A DNA stretch of 64,000 nt from Geosiphon pyriformis uo1 (Eukaryota > Fungi > Glomeromycota): assembly GCA_016748015.1 (NCBI GenBank), contig JAAOMT010000534.1, positions 14,654-78,653 on the forward strand, given 5' to 3'. The position numbers and the translations under genes were made by a program. Below are positions 1 to 14,500 of this stretch, in pieces; positions within the stretch are counted from its first letter, which is position 1; each line of letters opens with the position of its first letter. The notes below the pieces were generated by a model. It was given only the letters and a program-made list of their open reading frames with translations, did no database searches and was not told the DNA's origin.

Positions 1-890
1 TCCACGGACGTAGCCACCGCTAGTTCGGTTTTAACATTGGTAGCCCGCATGTGAGAGAGGGCAGTCTTAAACACTAATGCTAATTCAGTCTCCCTATCTA
101 TTTCATCAAAATAGATAGAGTCACCAAGTTGTGCAAACTGGCAGTTGTCAAAATAAGATAATATTGTCAATTATGAATAGATTAAGAACAGCTAATATGA
201 AAATCATGGTCATACTTTTCCCAAGTCCGAGTAGTTAATCACGGGAAGCTTTCCCAGAAGAGGTGCATTAATGAGTTCCGGCAGCTGGCCAGCACGAGTT
301 GGCAGAGTATCGAACGGCTTAATAAGGTTTGCACATATGAACTTAGTCTTGTCGGTCTCTATTGTTGAAATTGTTTAAAAACTGGGAGGCTATCAACATT
401 AACGTATAAATTTGTGTTAAAAAGTAAAATACCGATGCGTGGTCTTTTTGAAGGACGTTCGAGTTCTGCAAGTGAAACAACATTCAAGAACGTTGAAGTT
501 GCGAGTGCAACACACATGAGTCAGTTATTACCCAAAGTCATAAACTCTGTCCCCAACGTTCAAGTCACAAGTCACGAAGTCCTTACCTATCTTAGTTATT
601 TCCATCAAAGAATTTTGTAGTTTTTGCACCTGCGCCTTCCACTCGTTCTTTTCTACTTTTAAATCATTTGCTTCTTCTTCTAGCTTTTCTTTTTGCTTTT
701 CTAGCTCTTGCATATTTTCTATCCACCAATTCTTTTCGTTTTCGTCCTTGTACTTCCTCTGTCTCAAATTCTTCTTCAATTCACGTAACTCAACTTCCTT
801 CTCACCCTTTTCCTTCAGCTCCTCCACGCATCTCCTATACTCGGTCTTAGCGTCTCCTAATTCACGTTCGATTCTGTCGACACTAGCCAT
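1..890 (-). CDS. Partial multi-exon gene: N-terminal coiled coil, NLS-like ELERPSKRPRI, then a globular domain resembling Crinkler (CRN)-family C-terminal domains; runs off the window start
   Basis: Hand-spliced exons 890-587, 465-433, 358-216 and 137-<1, all with GT..AG introns. They give a continuous frame MASVDRIE...EITKI-ELERPSKRPRI-ETDKTKFICANLIKPFDTLPTRAGQLPELINAPLLGKLPVINYSDLGK-FAQLGDSIYFDEIDRETELALVFKTALSHMRATNVKTELAVATSV. The CRN assignment is by resemblance only. Confidence 0.6.
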
Positions 891-1049
891 GGTGTTTTGC
901 GTGTTTGTTATGGTTTGGGAAGATATGGGCCTAATATATGTTTGGTTCGTGTCAATGACGTTTCAGATCTTTGATTTATCAACAAACCCGCTATTGTTAA
1001 ATTATAACCCTGCCGTATGCCTATATAATATAATTGTTTTTTAATAATT

Positions 1050-3950
1050 ATTGTATTGTGCAATATTCATTAAATTATTTTTGTTTTGTTAAAATAACAT
1101 TCTTATTGTTTTATATATTTAATATTGAATAAAATTCGTTTCATAATTTTAAAATAAAGATAATTGTAAGTTTTAAAAATTAGAATTAATACTATTTAAA
1201 ATAAACCAGTATTAAAATATAATTTAAATATTATTTTGTATATATATATGTAACTTTATATTAATTTAAACTAATTAAATAAAAGTTTATAAATTTTAAT
1301 TTGTAAATAAACAAATTAATAATGTTATTTTTATGTATTAATTAAATAAAATTTAAAATATGTAACAAAAATATTACTTACACATTTTTTATATATAACC
1401 AGTAATTTAAACTTATATTAAGCTATATAAATTAAATAACTATATGTTTTTATTTTATTTAAGTATTTAACAATTTTTTATTTAAATACTTATTTAATTT
1501 TATATTTTAAACATATTTATATATTTAAGCTTAATAACTTTTACATTAATACTTTATATTTTTTGCAAAATTATTAATTTTTTATTTTTATTATTTAAAA
1601 GACATATATTATAGTTTTGTGAATTTTTAAACAACAAAATAATAATAATAACTCTTTTAATTTAAGAAAATTTTGGTATTTATTTTTAATAATCAATAAA
1701 AAATAATTTAAATTATTAAAACAGTAACAATTTTTGTAAGTAAAATTTTAAAAATTTTATTATCAATTCTAAAAATAAGTAAATAAAACATAAATAATAA
1801 TAACCTATTATATTTTTAAATTCTTTAGAAAAATTAAACAGTTATAATTTTAAGATTAATTATATATATTAATTTTTCCAAATTTAATTCACGTTTTTAA
1901 CTTAATTTTTTTATTTGAAAAAAAACATGCTATTAATAATATATTAAAACAATAATAACCAAAAATTTAAAATTACAAACAAATTAAATAAGAAAAATTT
2001 TATATTTATATTTAATTATCTGGTAAATATGTAAATTAAGCATTAATTTCTAAGACAACTCTAATATAATTTACTTTAATTAAATTAATAAAAACAGTTT
2101 TAAATTGTTCATATTGCTTAATTTTGAATTTAATATTATTAAAATTTAATTTATTTCTATTTATAAACTAAAAACATTATATATTTAATATAAATTTAAT
2201 CTAATTTATTTTTTAAAAGTTTTAATAATTCTATTAAGTATTTAAAAGTTTTTTTAAACAGTTTATAAATTGATTACTACTATTTTATTGTGTATAAAAT
2301 CTTAAGTAATCATAAATTATAAAATTAAAACCAAAAAATAAAATTAATAATTGAAAATAGTTTTAAAACACAACAACTTTTTATAAAATTAGACTGTTTA
2401 CTTTAATATTTATTTATTAAAAAAATTTTTCTTATATTATTATGTTTTAAATTATATTAATTTTATATTTTAAATTATTTTAAGTACTTTATAATTAAAA
2501 AACAATAATTTTAATTATATATAAAATAATATAAAAAATAAATATAAAAGTTTTTTAATATTAATATATAACAAATAATATAAAATAAAGACAAACAAAT
2601 ATTTACAAAATTTTTTATACAAGGCTTTTAATTTAAACTAATTTATAAAAAATATTGTTTTCATAAAAAAATTTATTTTTATTTTTAAAAAATAATAATA
2701 AAAATAATAGCTTTAATTTAATTATATTTATATAATATCATAGCTTTTTAAATTAAAAGCTAAAAAAACTTTTTTTTGTTAAACATATAAATTATAAAAA
2801 TAAAATTCATAAATTTTATTTTAGTCTTGCTTAATTTAATATTAGAAAAATTTACATATTAATTTAATTTTATAAAAAGTTTGTTATAAATTTTAAATAA
2901 CCAAAAAAATTAAAAGTATTTTTGCAAAAACATAAACTAAAAATATATGTTTTTATTTAAATTATTTATAATATTTTTTGTTTTATTATTTTAACTTGAT
3001 TTTAAACTTTAAAAAGTAATATTTTGTTTAACTTTTTTTTATCTAAATACTTTTTTAAATAAATAAATTAATTTTTGTAAAAATATATAAAAATTATATA
3101 TAAAACATACAGCTGTTTTAACAATTATATATTTTAATAAAAATACAATAATAATTTTAAGTTTATTTATTAATACATAAAAATAATAAAATATCAAAAA
3201 AATTAATAATAATTAAAATTTTTATTATAAATTTATCTTAAACTTTTTGTTTACTTTAAAAATTTAAATTTTTATTACTAAAATATTTATTCTGGCCAAT
3301 ATAATAATATGTTTTTAAAAATATTTTTTGTATAAATACTTTTACAAAAATTAATGCTTTCTATAAAAACTTTTTATAACAAAAAAAATTTTTTTTGTTT
3401 TTTTAAACTTTTTAGCAAATTTTGTTTTGGATAAATATTTATTGTATTCAAATAATAAAATATATATTAAATTATTATACAATATTAATATAAATTTTAA
3501 TATTTTGTTATTAATATTATAAAAACAATAAAAATACTATTTTGTAAAAGATATTATAAAAAATAAAAAATATAATAAACAATATTATAGTATTTTTTAA
3601 TTTTTTTGTTAATAAATAAATAAATTTTATTAAATACAAAACAATTTTTAAATATGTTATTAATTATTATCTTTTATTAATTAATTTTTAAAACTAAAAT
3701 TTAATAAATTCATTTTAATTTAGATATCTTTTCAAAAAAATTTATTTTTAATTGGATTAATTAAAAGATTATATCATTTTTAAAAATTGGTTTTTTAATT
3801 ATAAGCTGTTTTATACAAACACAAAAATAAGTATTTTATTTTAAAATAAAATTATTAAATTTTTAATATCTTTTAACAATTTACAGATAATATTTAAGTT
3901 AATAAAATATGTTCTTAATTTTTTTACTTATAAACAACAATATATAATAT
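1050..3950. mobile_element. Extremely AT-rich, hypermutated repeat relic of undetermined family
   Basis: G/C content drops abruptly just upstream of the first gene. No ORFs. Same texture as the decodable degenerate TEs elsewhere in the window. Confidence 0.45.
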
Positions 3951-3959
3951 AAATATATG

Positions 3960-4710
3960 TATAAGTAGCTATTAGTAATAGTTAAAAAAAGATTGTATAA
4001 CAAGAGTTACTTTGGTGTGCTATGTTTGTTGTATGGTGAAATAAAGTTTTTGGATTATGTTTTTATTTGTGTTTAGGATGTTGTTGTTCATAATGAAATT
4101 TTGGTTGAGATTTCTATACAGCAAACTGCTTTGATTAGTGTTTATAATATGTTTTCTTCTGTTATTTTGCAAATTTTCTCTTAATGTTCCTTGAATATTG
4201 GCTTGTATACTATGGTATATAAAGAGTTTGTATTAAAAGAGTAGTGCAATAAAACTTTTGGTATTTTTGAGAATAGAAAAGAGACTGTTGTTCAAGTTGT
4301 TGAATATATAAGATTTGTTGTAGAATTACATTATGCTAAGATGTAGTTGATAAAATCTGAGCAAAGAGTAAGAATAAAAAAAATTGGTTTGGCTCATGAT
4401 AGTGGAGTGGTTTCTAAACTGTCTTATAGTGTGTCTTTGATATTGTCTAATAAGATGATCAGGTTGCTTAGTATTATTGAGTTATTTACTATTAGCTTTG
4501 GTTGTTATAAGCCATGTCTTTTTTTTTTGGTCTGGGTGGTAAGGTACGAGTTAGTATAGGTGTATAGTATTGTCTTATTTGGTTTGAATGACTATTCACA
4601 TGTAGTAAATACATGAGTCATATTTAGTTTGGGTTATTTAGTTTGGTTCTATATACTAGATAGTAGTTGGGCTTCACTTGTTAAATGTGTAAATAAAAAA
4701 ATAAAAAATA
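3960..4710 (+). mobile_element. 5'-truncated, degenerate LINE fragment (ORF2 C-terminus, 3' UTR and A-rich tail)
   Basis: ORF 4347-4559 (KSEQRVRI..GVVS.LS..MIRLLSI..F.ISFGCYKPCLFF) parallels the ORF2 C-termini at 10979-11527 and 50689-51237. The 3' UTR motif at ~4565-4690 is followed by an A-rich tail. Confidence 0.8.
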
Positions 4711-5052
4711 TAAATATCTTTATGATAATTTTAATTTTTGAGTTTTATTAATCTGAACTAAAATTATATATAATACATAATAATTTTTACTTTTCTATAA
4801 ATTTACCAAAAAATTCAAGCAATTTAAAAACTTAAAAACAAGTTTTTATATAACTTATTTATTTTTCTAAATTATAATATATATTATTATATAATTTTAT
4901 ATAATTAAAAAAAAAAATTTCTTTCTCTTATTTATTCCAAATTCCCAGAAAGAGTTAAAAGTTTTTTTGAAAGAAGTTTTTTTCATCATTCAGTATAATA
5001 AAACCAAATCATTTTTTGATTTTAAGGCCACTGTTGGCCCTAGTATTGCCGT

Positions 5053-6844
5053 CATAAAGAAGATTGCTGAAAAGTCTGGTTCTGGTGGTGGTTTCAAGCC
5101 TGTTTTGTTAAGGAAAAAGAGGAAAGGTGTTGCTCTGGAAGAAAATATTAGTGGTAAAGAAGTTCTAATTGAGATTTCTAGTGATTGTTCTTGAGATTCT
5201 GAGACTGGTGACACTACTGAATCTGAAAGTATTGATATGGAGGAGGAGTGTCTAGTGAAAAAAACTAGCTTTGACTACGATAAGAGTGGCACTATCATTG
5301 ACAGAGAGATTGATCAAACACTTAAAGGGCTGGGCATCAAAACTAAAAAGGCTTTGGACAAGCCATTGAGAAAAATAAATTTCTCGAATCTTAATATTGA
5401 TGACAATATTCTCTTGAATGCCCTCTTAGAACTTTTCTCTCTCTTAAAGAATTTGGTTCCTGTTTCTGTTAGGAAGTCTTTTGCTTTGGATATTGGATTA
5501 GATAAAGTGGCTGGGAAATCATCTTAAGAAAAGCTAATGGTAGTTAGGAGGTTGTTTTCAAAATTCAATGGCTTTGGGGGGACCTCTATCCCTTTAAAAT
5601 TTTCTGGAATTATTCATGCATCTTTCACCTCTGAAACTAGCTTGGCACAGGCTACAGAAAAGACAAGAGCAGTGGACATTTTAGTAAACACCAATCTCAA
5701 GAAATCTACTGGTCATTTAGATCAGGCTGTGGTGTTAAAAAAAGTTCCAGTTGGAACATCAGCTGAGACTGTGTGCATTGCACTATTCAAATTTGGTACA
5801 ATTAAGTCGATCAAGATGCACTTGGTGGGACTGTGGCAAAAAGCAATAGTTGAATTTGGTGAAATTAATCAGACTGATTTGGTTGCAGCTTGCTGGTTTA
5901 TCCTGATTAGAAAAGATGCTGTTCACATGGCCAGAACTAATAATGACAAGAAATTGTGGGATGCTAAAGATTATCACAGGGCTCTGCTTTACACTCTGCC
6001 AATGGGAACAACTGCTCATAACATCTGGGATTTTGTTGGCTTTGTGGGTGGAAAAACCTGTATGATCAATTGTCATTCTGTAACATATGCTTGAGCCAGA
6101 TGTGCTGTTGTTTGTTTTAATTCAGCTGATTCCTTGGATGCTGTTATGGATACTACTCTGGTGTTAAGGGGTGTAAATCTGCATTGGTCTCATCTGAGTC
6201 TCTCTAAGTGTGCTAAGTGTGAGAATTTGGGTCACACATTATTAGGCTGCTCTGTAGGTGGGAATCTCTCTTCTGGTAGATCATCTCACAGAATGCTTTC
6301 AAATGTAGATAAGAGCAGACTGGCTGCCATTTATGCCAAATGTTCAGTTCCAGTCACCTGGCCAGTTGCTTTTGGTGGTGCTTTATAGGCTAGTGTTATC
6401 AGTAGGTTTTCTTTTCCTCTTCTTTCTGGTTAAGACATTTCTTTTAAAAATGACTCTTCTTCAGAGATAAAGCCTACCCTGCTAGTGTCTTTAAAAATAA
6501 ATGATAGGTTTGCTACTCTTGAGTACAGTCTTGCCAGCCTTGCAAAGTGTATTGATAAGTTGGCTAAAAGATTGGACACGTCTGAACCAACAGTTTTTCA
6601 GTTTAGCCCTAGATGTCAGCCATTGGTAACTCCTTTATCACAGAATCAAGGGGCAAATATAGGGATGAATGAAAGTTCGGGTGTGGTCACTAGTAGTGAG
6701 ATTGTAGTGAGGATGGTGGTTTTCAATTCTTCAGTTGTTTTGAAAATAGAAGAAACTTTGAGGAATCTTTTGGTTATGGTTATAAGCCTTTTGGCTAAAA
6801 TAGACAATGCTGGTCAGGTGTCTGTTGTTTGTTCTTCTCAATAA
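5053..6844 (+). pseudogene. LINE-A ORF1 (RRM-like domains, CCHC zinc knuckle, C-terminal coiled coil), disrupted
   Basis: Fragments 4967-5194, 5237-5527, 5537-6094, 6134-6388 and 6485-6844 lie in one frame separated by stops. Motifs KFGTIKSIKMHLVGLWQKAIVEF (RRM-like) and CAKCENLGHTLLGC (CX2CX4HX4C). Confidence 0.9.
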
Positions 6845-9800
6845 TAGATCTGGTATAGAAAGTAGCCACATGTAATGTTAGAGAAATGAATAATCCTGCA
6901 AAACAGGATGATATCATTTGTTGGCATAAAGATATGGGCAATTTAATCTCTGTTGTTATTGAAACTAAGTTAAAAAGTAGGATCTGTTCATGGATCATAA
7001 ACAAGTTTAGTGGTATCTGGGTCTTCACCTCTGGCTTAGATTCTGGTCATATGGGTGCTGGCATTGTGGTTATATTGAACATTTCTTTGGCAAAACATGT
7101 GTATAAAATTTCTGAGGTGTTCGGTTGGCTCCTATCTATCAAGTTGCTTTTCAAAAATAAACTTTCAGTTTCAGTTTTGGGACTTTACACTGGTGCTTCT
7201 TCAGTGGTTCAGTTCTCTTAGGCTGGTGAGATCAACTCTTTCATTGTAAAAACTGTAAATGAATTCTTTTTTGTTATTCTTGATGGTAATTTTAATAAAA
7301 ATGGCTCTCATAAGTGTGCTAGTTTCAGGAAGTGCTTAGATTTGGGGCTTGCTAATTCTCTAATCAGTAGTTTGGCAATGAAATTGTCCATCTGGGCAAA
7401 TTCTTGGGGTGTAGCTAAAATGATTGATTATGTGTTTGTCTCTTCTAATTTGGTTAATACAATAGTGGATCATAAAATAAGTGAAGTTGTGGACTATTTT
7501 GACATTAATCACAAGGTTGTTTCTATCTTCATAGGTCTGGGTGGACTTTTGGATACTTGTTTGAACTCTATTCACAAACAGGCAAACAGAGATTACTGAA
7601 AATATGACTTTAAGGGTGCTGACAAAACTAAGTGGAATGATTTTAAGGATGCCACATCATCTAATACTATGCTATTTTCTGACCAGTTTGCTGCTTCTGT
7701 GGGATTTTCAGATCTGGATGAGATGTAAGACATTGTTCATAAGACATTAATTCTGTCAGCCAATGAGATTTTCAAAAAGAGATGGTTCAAAGGTTTTGAT
7801 GGTGTCTTTACAAAAGACTCTTCCAAGTTTCATAAGTTGGAACTTTTGGTCTCAAAAATTGTTAAAGCTTCTTGTCTGGAGAGTGTTGTTGATTTTGATT
7901 TCTTTATGGAGTGCTGGGCTTTTTTGGACAAGGTTAAAGCTTTGACTATTCAAGATCTTATGGACTTTGGTGTGGGCTTTGATCATGTTTGTTCTGCTCT
8001 GTATAGTGTCAGAAAATCTTATCATGCTTCCAAGCTTGCTGAATCTTTAAGGGCGAGTGAGACAAACATTAAATCTGCTATTGATAAGAACATGGAGAGT
8101 TTCAAGACTAATAAGAGCCATACTATTAGAAGCGTACTAGAGCATTCTTTTTGCAAAGTAGTGCTGGATTATCTGGTTGTTGGTGATAAACTGTTTTTGG
8201 AACCTGATGAGATCAAATCTAAGGTGGATACTATAATAGAGGACTGGACTAAGGAACAGATAGTAGTGGATGATTTGTTTAATAATTGGTCTAATCAATA
8301 CCAACCTTTGGAATATGTTTATGATAAGACTTTCTTTGGTATAATGCAGTCGATTGAGTTTAATGAGTTGTTTGGCATGGTTTCTGATTTACCTGATGGC
8401 AAGGCTGTGGGTCTCTCTGGTATATTTAATGAGCTTTGGAAGTATTGTGACAGATCTGTGTTGGATATGCTTTTGGTGTTATTAAATTCTTGTTTGTCTC
8501 GTGAATTGGTGCTCAGTTCTTGGAAGGAGACTTGGGTTTCAATGATTCTTAAGCCATATGAATGGGAGGATGTTCTCACAAATACCCATCCTATTGCTCT
8601 GATTGAGATGGCTCAGAAGGTGCTTTCCAAGGTTTTTTTGGACAGAATTTTACTGGCATGCAGCACTCACAATGTTCTTCAAGAGAACAATTTTTTGGTT
8701 TTAAAGGGTACAACAATCCAAACTTCTATCTTTGCTATTGGCTCAGTTGTTGAGGATGCTTTGGAGAAAAATTGTAAGCTTTGGCTCATTCTACAGAACA
8801 TGCGGAAGACATATGATTTGGTTGGTTGGAAGCACCTTGAGAAGAGCTTGGTCAGGATCAAAATGTGTAGCAAATTTATTTAATTTTTTGGAGATATTCA
8901 TAAAAATCACATCAATCGGATCATGACTGACTTTGAGTTGTCTAATGGCTATCGTTTTTATAATAGTTTGGACCAGGGAGAAGTTTTTTTACCTCTTTTT
9001 TGGAGAATATTTTACAATTCTTTTTTGTGTGAGGTTAAATGCCAGGAGAGTGTGTGTAGATATAGAATAATTTTTCACTTCATTTCCAAAAATAGTTGTG
9101 CTGAATCCCAGGCTGAGCTTTCTTCTTTTTTTGTTGCTAGTGCTTTTGTTGATGATACAATTTGGGTTGATAGCAGTCAGACTGCTACTCAACACATTCT
9201 CAATGTGGCTAGTGAATTTTTTCATATCAACAATATCTCTATTAATACCAACAAAACCATGGTCATTCTTATTAATTGCAAAGTTGCGAGTTCATTTTTC
9301 TTTATCAGTGGGTCGCCTATTTTTATTGCTAAGAAGAGAGATTCTCATTATTATTTGGGTATATTTCTCTCTATGGAGGGTCTTTTGAAACCTAGCTTGG
9401 TCAAGACACACTTTGACATTCGGTTTTTGCCAACCTGGTTTTAAGAAAGATTATTTTAGATAAGCAGTTCTTGTATTTGGTGACAGCTGTTTTTCATCCT
9501 ATTATTAATTATAGAACTCAATTTAGTTTTATTTCTATTAATGTGTATGGCAAGTGGAATGCCTTGATTTGTAAGGATTTAAAGTCGAAATCTGGCTTGT
9601 TACATAATTTTCCTAGTAATGTAATCCACCACCCATCTTTTTATAATTTGAAAACATTTAAGCAGATTCAGTCTGAAGAAAAGTTGGCTTTCTTTGTAAG
9701 CTTTGTGAATTCTGACAGAATTTTGGGTCACCTGTTCTCTCACAGGTCTTATGATTTACAAGTTTTGTGTTGGTGTCCACACTATTCTTTGTGTTTTCCT

Positions 9801-11527
9801 GTTTATCTAAAAATCAATCCTGCTGACAATTTTTTGGTGGATATGGTTCGTATTTTTTTTGGGTGTGATTTGTCTTTTGGTGGCTCTGTAAACAATTCTT
9901 TCTATTTTTGGAATGGTACATCCATGTTAACTGTTCTTGGTGAGTCGAAGTTTGCCAGATTTTTTTCTTCTCTTCGATGTTATAAGTAGTTTTTGTGGAC
10001 CAACTACGCAATCGCCATGGTGCTGTTTTTGATTGAAATACTTTCAAATGTTGGAAAAGATTGGACCTTCGTGGTCTTGTTCCTGACTGGTTCAAGATTT
10101 TGGTTTTGTTCCTAGTTGATGCTGTGCTTTTTTTTGCCAGTCCATCTTTTCTGGATGTTGGTAGGCCCCCCAATATTCTTTATTTTTGCGATTATAATTT
10201 GGTTTGTAGTCAACTGTCTCATGTTTGCAATGATGTTTTGTCTGTGTATATAGATGGCTCTCTTCGAGACTTGGGCTTAGCTAGTTGTAAGGCTAGTACT
10301 GCTGTGTTTTTTGAGAACATTAATTTGGGTTTGGGCATGGGCGTTTCTGGTTTGGTGTTGTCTATCTTGGCCGAATTGCAGACTATTGTATTGGCTCTTA
10401 AGTGTGTCTCTTTTTATAGCTCCATTTATTTGTTTACATACAGTTAAGCTGTTTTGAACACTTGCAAATCGGAGATGGGTCTGATGTATCCAAATTTTTG
10501 AAACTGGTGTTGAATTGAGTGTCACCACATTTCAGAGATTATTTGCAATTAGAATTTAAATGTCAACTGGTGCAAAGTTAAAAGTCACTCAGGTGTTTTG
10601 GGAAATGAGTATGCTGATGTACTGACTAATGCTGCATCTTTTTTTGTCCAGCAACTTCCTCCTCGTTTTACAAATCGATATATTTTGGCTGATGGTAAAG
10701 TGGTTTCTTGCAATTCAAGGCATTTTGTTCATGATATTTTTTGGTTAATACATTGTGTGTAGTGGGAAGTTGGGTCTGGTTCTAAGGTTCTTGCAAATAG
10801 TCTGCTTACTGATATTGACTGGTGCAGTTCATCTTTTATTTGGCACTCTGTTTCACATATGGCTGTTGGATTTACCAGTAGACCATTGTCTGGCACTCAT
10901 ACTTATTTTATGAAGGTTTTGTACCATTAATTGTCCATAGTGGTCCAAAAGTGACTTTACAGCTGGCTTTATTCCAGTGTGGTTTGCTTATATTGTGACA
11001 AGGTTGAAGTGTCAGACCATGTTTTTTCATGTGCTGCTAATGACTCTGCTTGTCTCCATCTTTTAAGCACTCATGCAAAAGCTTGGAGGGTGCTGTCTGG
11101 TTTTTCTTGCCCATTTTTTTGTGTGTTTCAGTTGATGTCTTTCTGTGCTCCCAATGTTGACATGTGTACTGCTTTTTACAAGGATTTTGTTTTTAATAGT
11201 TGGGTTCATAAGACAGTGTTGGTTTTCGGAGATCCCAAGATTGCTAGGTTGAAGATTGTAAACTTTTTGTGCACATTCTGTCTTGCTTTTAGGAATAAGG
11301 TCTGGTTGGTTCATGCAAGGCATTATGCTTTTATGGAAAAAAATAGCTTGATTTCACGAGATAGTTTCATTTCCATTTCAATTGCTGGGTTGTTCTCAGT
11401 TTTTTATACTGGGATGATTAGGTTGCTTAGTATTACTAATGTGTTTGGTGTTTGTTTTGGGTTTCGCAAGCCTAGTTTGTTTTTTTCTGGTATTGGTAAC
11501 TATGTTTCAGTCCACATAGATGCTTAG
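6841..11527 (+). pseudogene. LINE-A ORF2: APE endonuclease, reverse transcriptase, RNase H and CCHC finger, disrupted
   Basis: APE: ATCNVR, ETKL, IDYVF, DINH. RT: KAVGLSG, HPIALIE, LDQGEV, AFVDD. RNase H: YIDGS, AELQTI, KVKSHSGVLGNEYAD. C-terminal CLYC..E..DH.F.C. Many TGG/CAA-derived stops. Confidence 0.92.
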
Positions 11528-14500
11528 TGTTGTTCTGATCAGCTTGAGTGGCTGGTCACATGTAGCAAATACATGATTTATGCCTAGTTTAGATTACCTC
11601 AGTTGATGTATTATACTAGGTAGTATGTAGACTTCACTCATTAAATGAATAAAAAAAAATATAATTAATTAAGTTTTTAATATAATTAAAATAAAAATTA
11701 TATAATTTAAAATTTTAATAATTTATTTATATTAATAAATTTTTAAATTATAGTTATATATTTTTTGTTTAATAATTAATTATATAAAAAATTTTATTTA
11801 ATTAATTTATTTATTTTTTAATAATTATATTTTAATAGTTTTAAAAAAAATTTTAACATATTTAATTATATTTATTATGTATTAATTATTAATTATTAAT
11901 TATTTTATCTTTAAAATTAATTATTAACTTAATTATTGACTATATTATTAATTTATTTGTTAATTATTTTATTTATATTATTTATTTAAATTATAAACTA
12001 ATATAATTACTTAGTTTTTTTATGATTAAAATTAATTCAATATTTTTTTTTAAAAAATTTGGTTTGTTGTTATTTACTATATATTTAACATTAATAAAAT
12101 ATTATTTATAAAATAATAATTATTTTATAATTAGTTATTTTTTAAATACCTTTTTTTTTAATACATAAATATATACTTATAAATATATTATTATATATAG
12201 TTTTAAAATTATAATTGTTAATTTTTTAAAAAATTTACTGGTAAAAATTAGTTTATAATTTTAAATTTTAATTGATTTTTAATTGATTTAGTAGTTGTTT
12301 ATTTAATAAATTATAAAAAAAAAATTTATTTTAAACTAATTTAGTATATATGATTTTTATATATAATTAATTATTAATTAATTAAAATGATATAAACTAA
12401 ATTTAATATTGTGTATTATTCTTTATAAATAATCAAAAACTTTTGATTAATTATTATTATTATACAATTAAAATATACATATATTTATAAAAAGTGTTTT
12501 AATATATTTAGAATTTAAACTTATTTGTATGTAAAAATATAAAAAATATATACTTAAATTTAATTTTAAACTTAAAACCAATTTATAATATATATATAAA
12601 AATATTTATTAAGATATTATATTTTAATTAAATTATTTAAATTCTTTATTTTGTTGATCTCTTGTTTATAATGAGATCATAAATTTTTTAAAAATTAACT
12701 TTTTATTTTTTATACTTTTAAAAACATTTATTTAACATAAATCTGTTTGTATTAATAAAGCTTATTAGTAGTTTAATCAAGATTGTTAAAATTAAGAAAG
12801 ATAAGATAAAAAACTGCTTTAGTATTATTAAATTTAAAGTTATAAATTCATTTATTAAATTTCTTGTCATAAATATATTAATAGATAATAGAATATTTAA
12901 ATATTTTTTTTAAGACAATAAGTTTAAAAATAAAAGTAAAAGCATTAATAAAACATCTAAATTAAGTAATTTAAAAAACACAATGATCGAAAAAATTAGT
13001 TATATTGATCTAAATAATCTGAATAATAATAAATTTATAAATAAAAGTACATTAAAAAACATTTATATTTATTTATATAATTTAATAAAACCATTCAAGA
13101 AGTTGTCTTTTAATATATACTAAATGACAATAATATTTTTGATTTTTTATTATTTTTGGTTATTAATTTTACTTAGTATTTAAGTACTTTTGTTAAAAAA
13201 AAAAAACTTTAATTCAGTCAAATTATTTGTGCTAAACATTAACTTTATGGTTATATCTAAAAATTATCTAAATAAAAAAGTTAAATTTATTAAAAAAATT
13301 TTAATAAAATCAATAATTTTGAAAAATATTGACTTTTTTAAAATTTTTAAATATTATTAAAGTTTTGTTTATGTTTAAAACTAATTTGAAAACTATTAAA
13401 CAATTGGTTATAAAAAAAGATTTTTAATTATTATTAATTTAAAAAAAATTAATATTAGATTAAATTAGAAAATTATAATTTAAAAGATTTTAATAAATCT
13501 TTTTAAATTAGTATTTAAATTAATATTATTTAAATTTGGCAAAATTGTTTTTATTAAAATACAGCTTATTGGTTTTTAATAAAAAATTTTGATTAAGTTT
13601 AAAATTTCTAAAGTTGCTAATTTAATTGTTTTTAAATAATTAATCTTATTAGAAAAAAATTTAGTATATATTATTAAAATTAATATTAATAAATAAACAT
13701 AGAATTTAAAAGACTGCTATTGAGCTTTTTTATATATTTTATTAATAAACATAACTGTTTATAATCTGTTTAGTCTAATTTTATCTTATGATAAAAAAAT
13801 ATGCTTTTTTATTTACAATCTTATTTTATATACATAAATATATTATGCTATCATGTGTTTTAATTTTACTATAGCTAAAAATACTGCTATTTTTTTCAAT
13901 TCTAGTTTTTAAAAATATAAACTTAATTTGGGTTAAATTATTTTGTCCAAGTTGTACTAAGTATAGAAAAAATGATTATGTTTTTAATATCTGTAAACCA
14001 AATTTAAAATATTATAGTTAAGATTTAAAAAAAATTTTAAGTTTAACAAAAAATATTTTGTCAATGTTTACTTAAAAAAACAAATCTTGTGTTTTGTTTG
14101 GTTTTTTTAGCCATATAATTTGGACTTTTATAGTAAGTAGTGTCTTAAAAAATTCTTAATTAATATTATTTTTTGGTTTTTTTTAGTAAATTTTTTGCTT
14201 AATAGTTTTAACAATAACTTAACAGCTTTGGCTTTAGATTTTTACTTGAATATTTTGAATTATTTTATAAAATTATTGGCTAATTATGTTGTTGAAATCT
14301 CTTACAAATTAAACATTTTTACTTTTTATATATTATTTCTTACTATTAATATAACACTCATATAATGTGTTAACTCAGTTTTTGATTTGGTTATTAAGAA
14401 ACTATTACAATTTTTCTAATTATTATCTGATATAACTAATATATTTTAGAATATTTTTTTAGTAAATTTAAAATATTAACTGCCAAAATTAATAATCTTA

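Larger units (their letters stand above)
4918..11659 (+). mobile_element. LINE-A: full-length, inactivated non-LTR retrotransposon with RNase H
   Basis: 5' terminus TTTCTTTCTCTT follows an A-run. ORF1 and ORF2 are broken by stops. The structured 3' UTR (11528-11645) ends in poly(A) at 11651-11659. Possible TSD ATATAATTAA at 4899-4908 and 11659-11668 (weak in this AT context). Confidence 0.95.
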
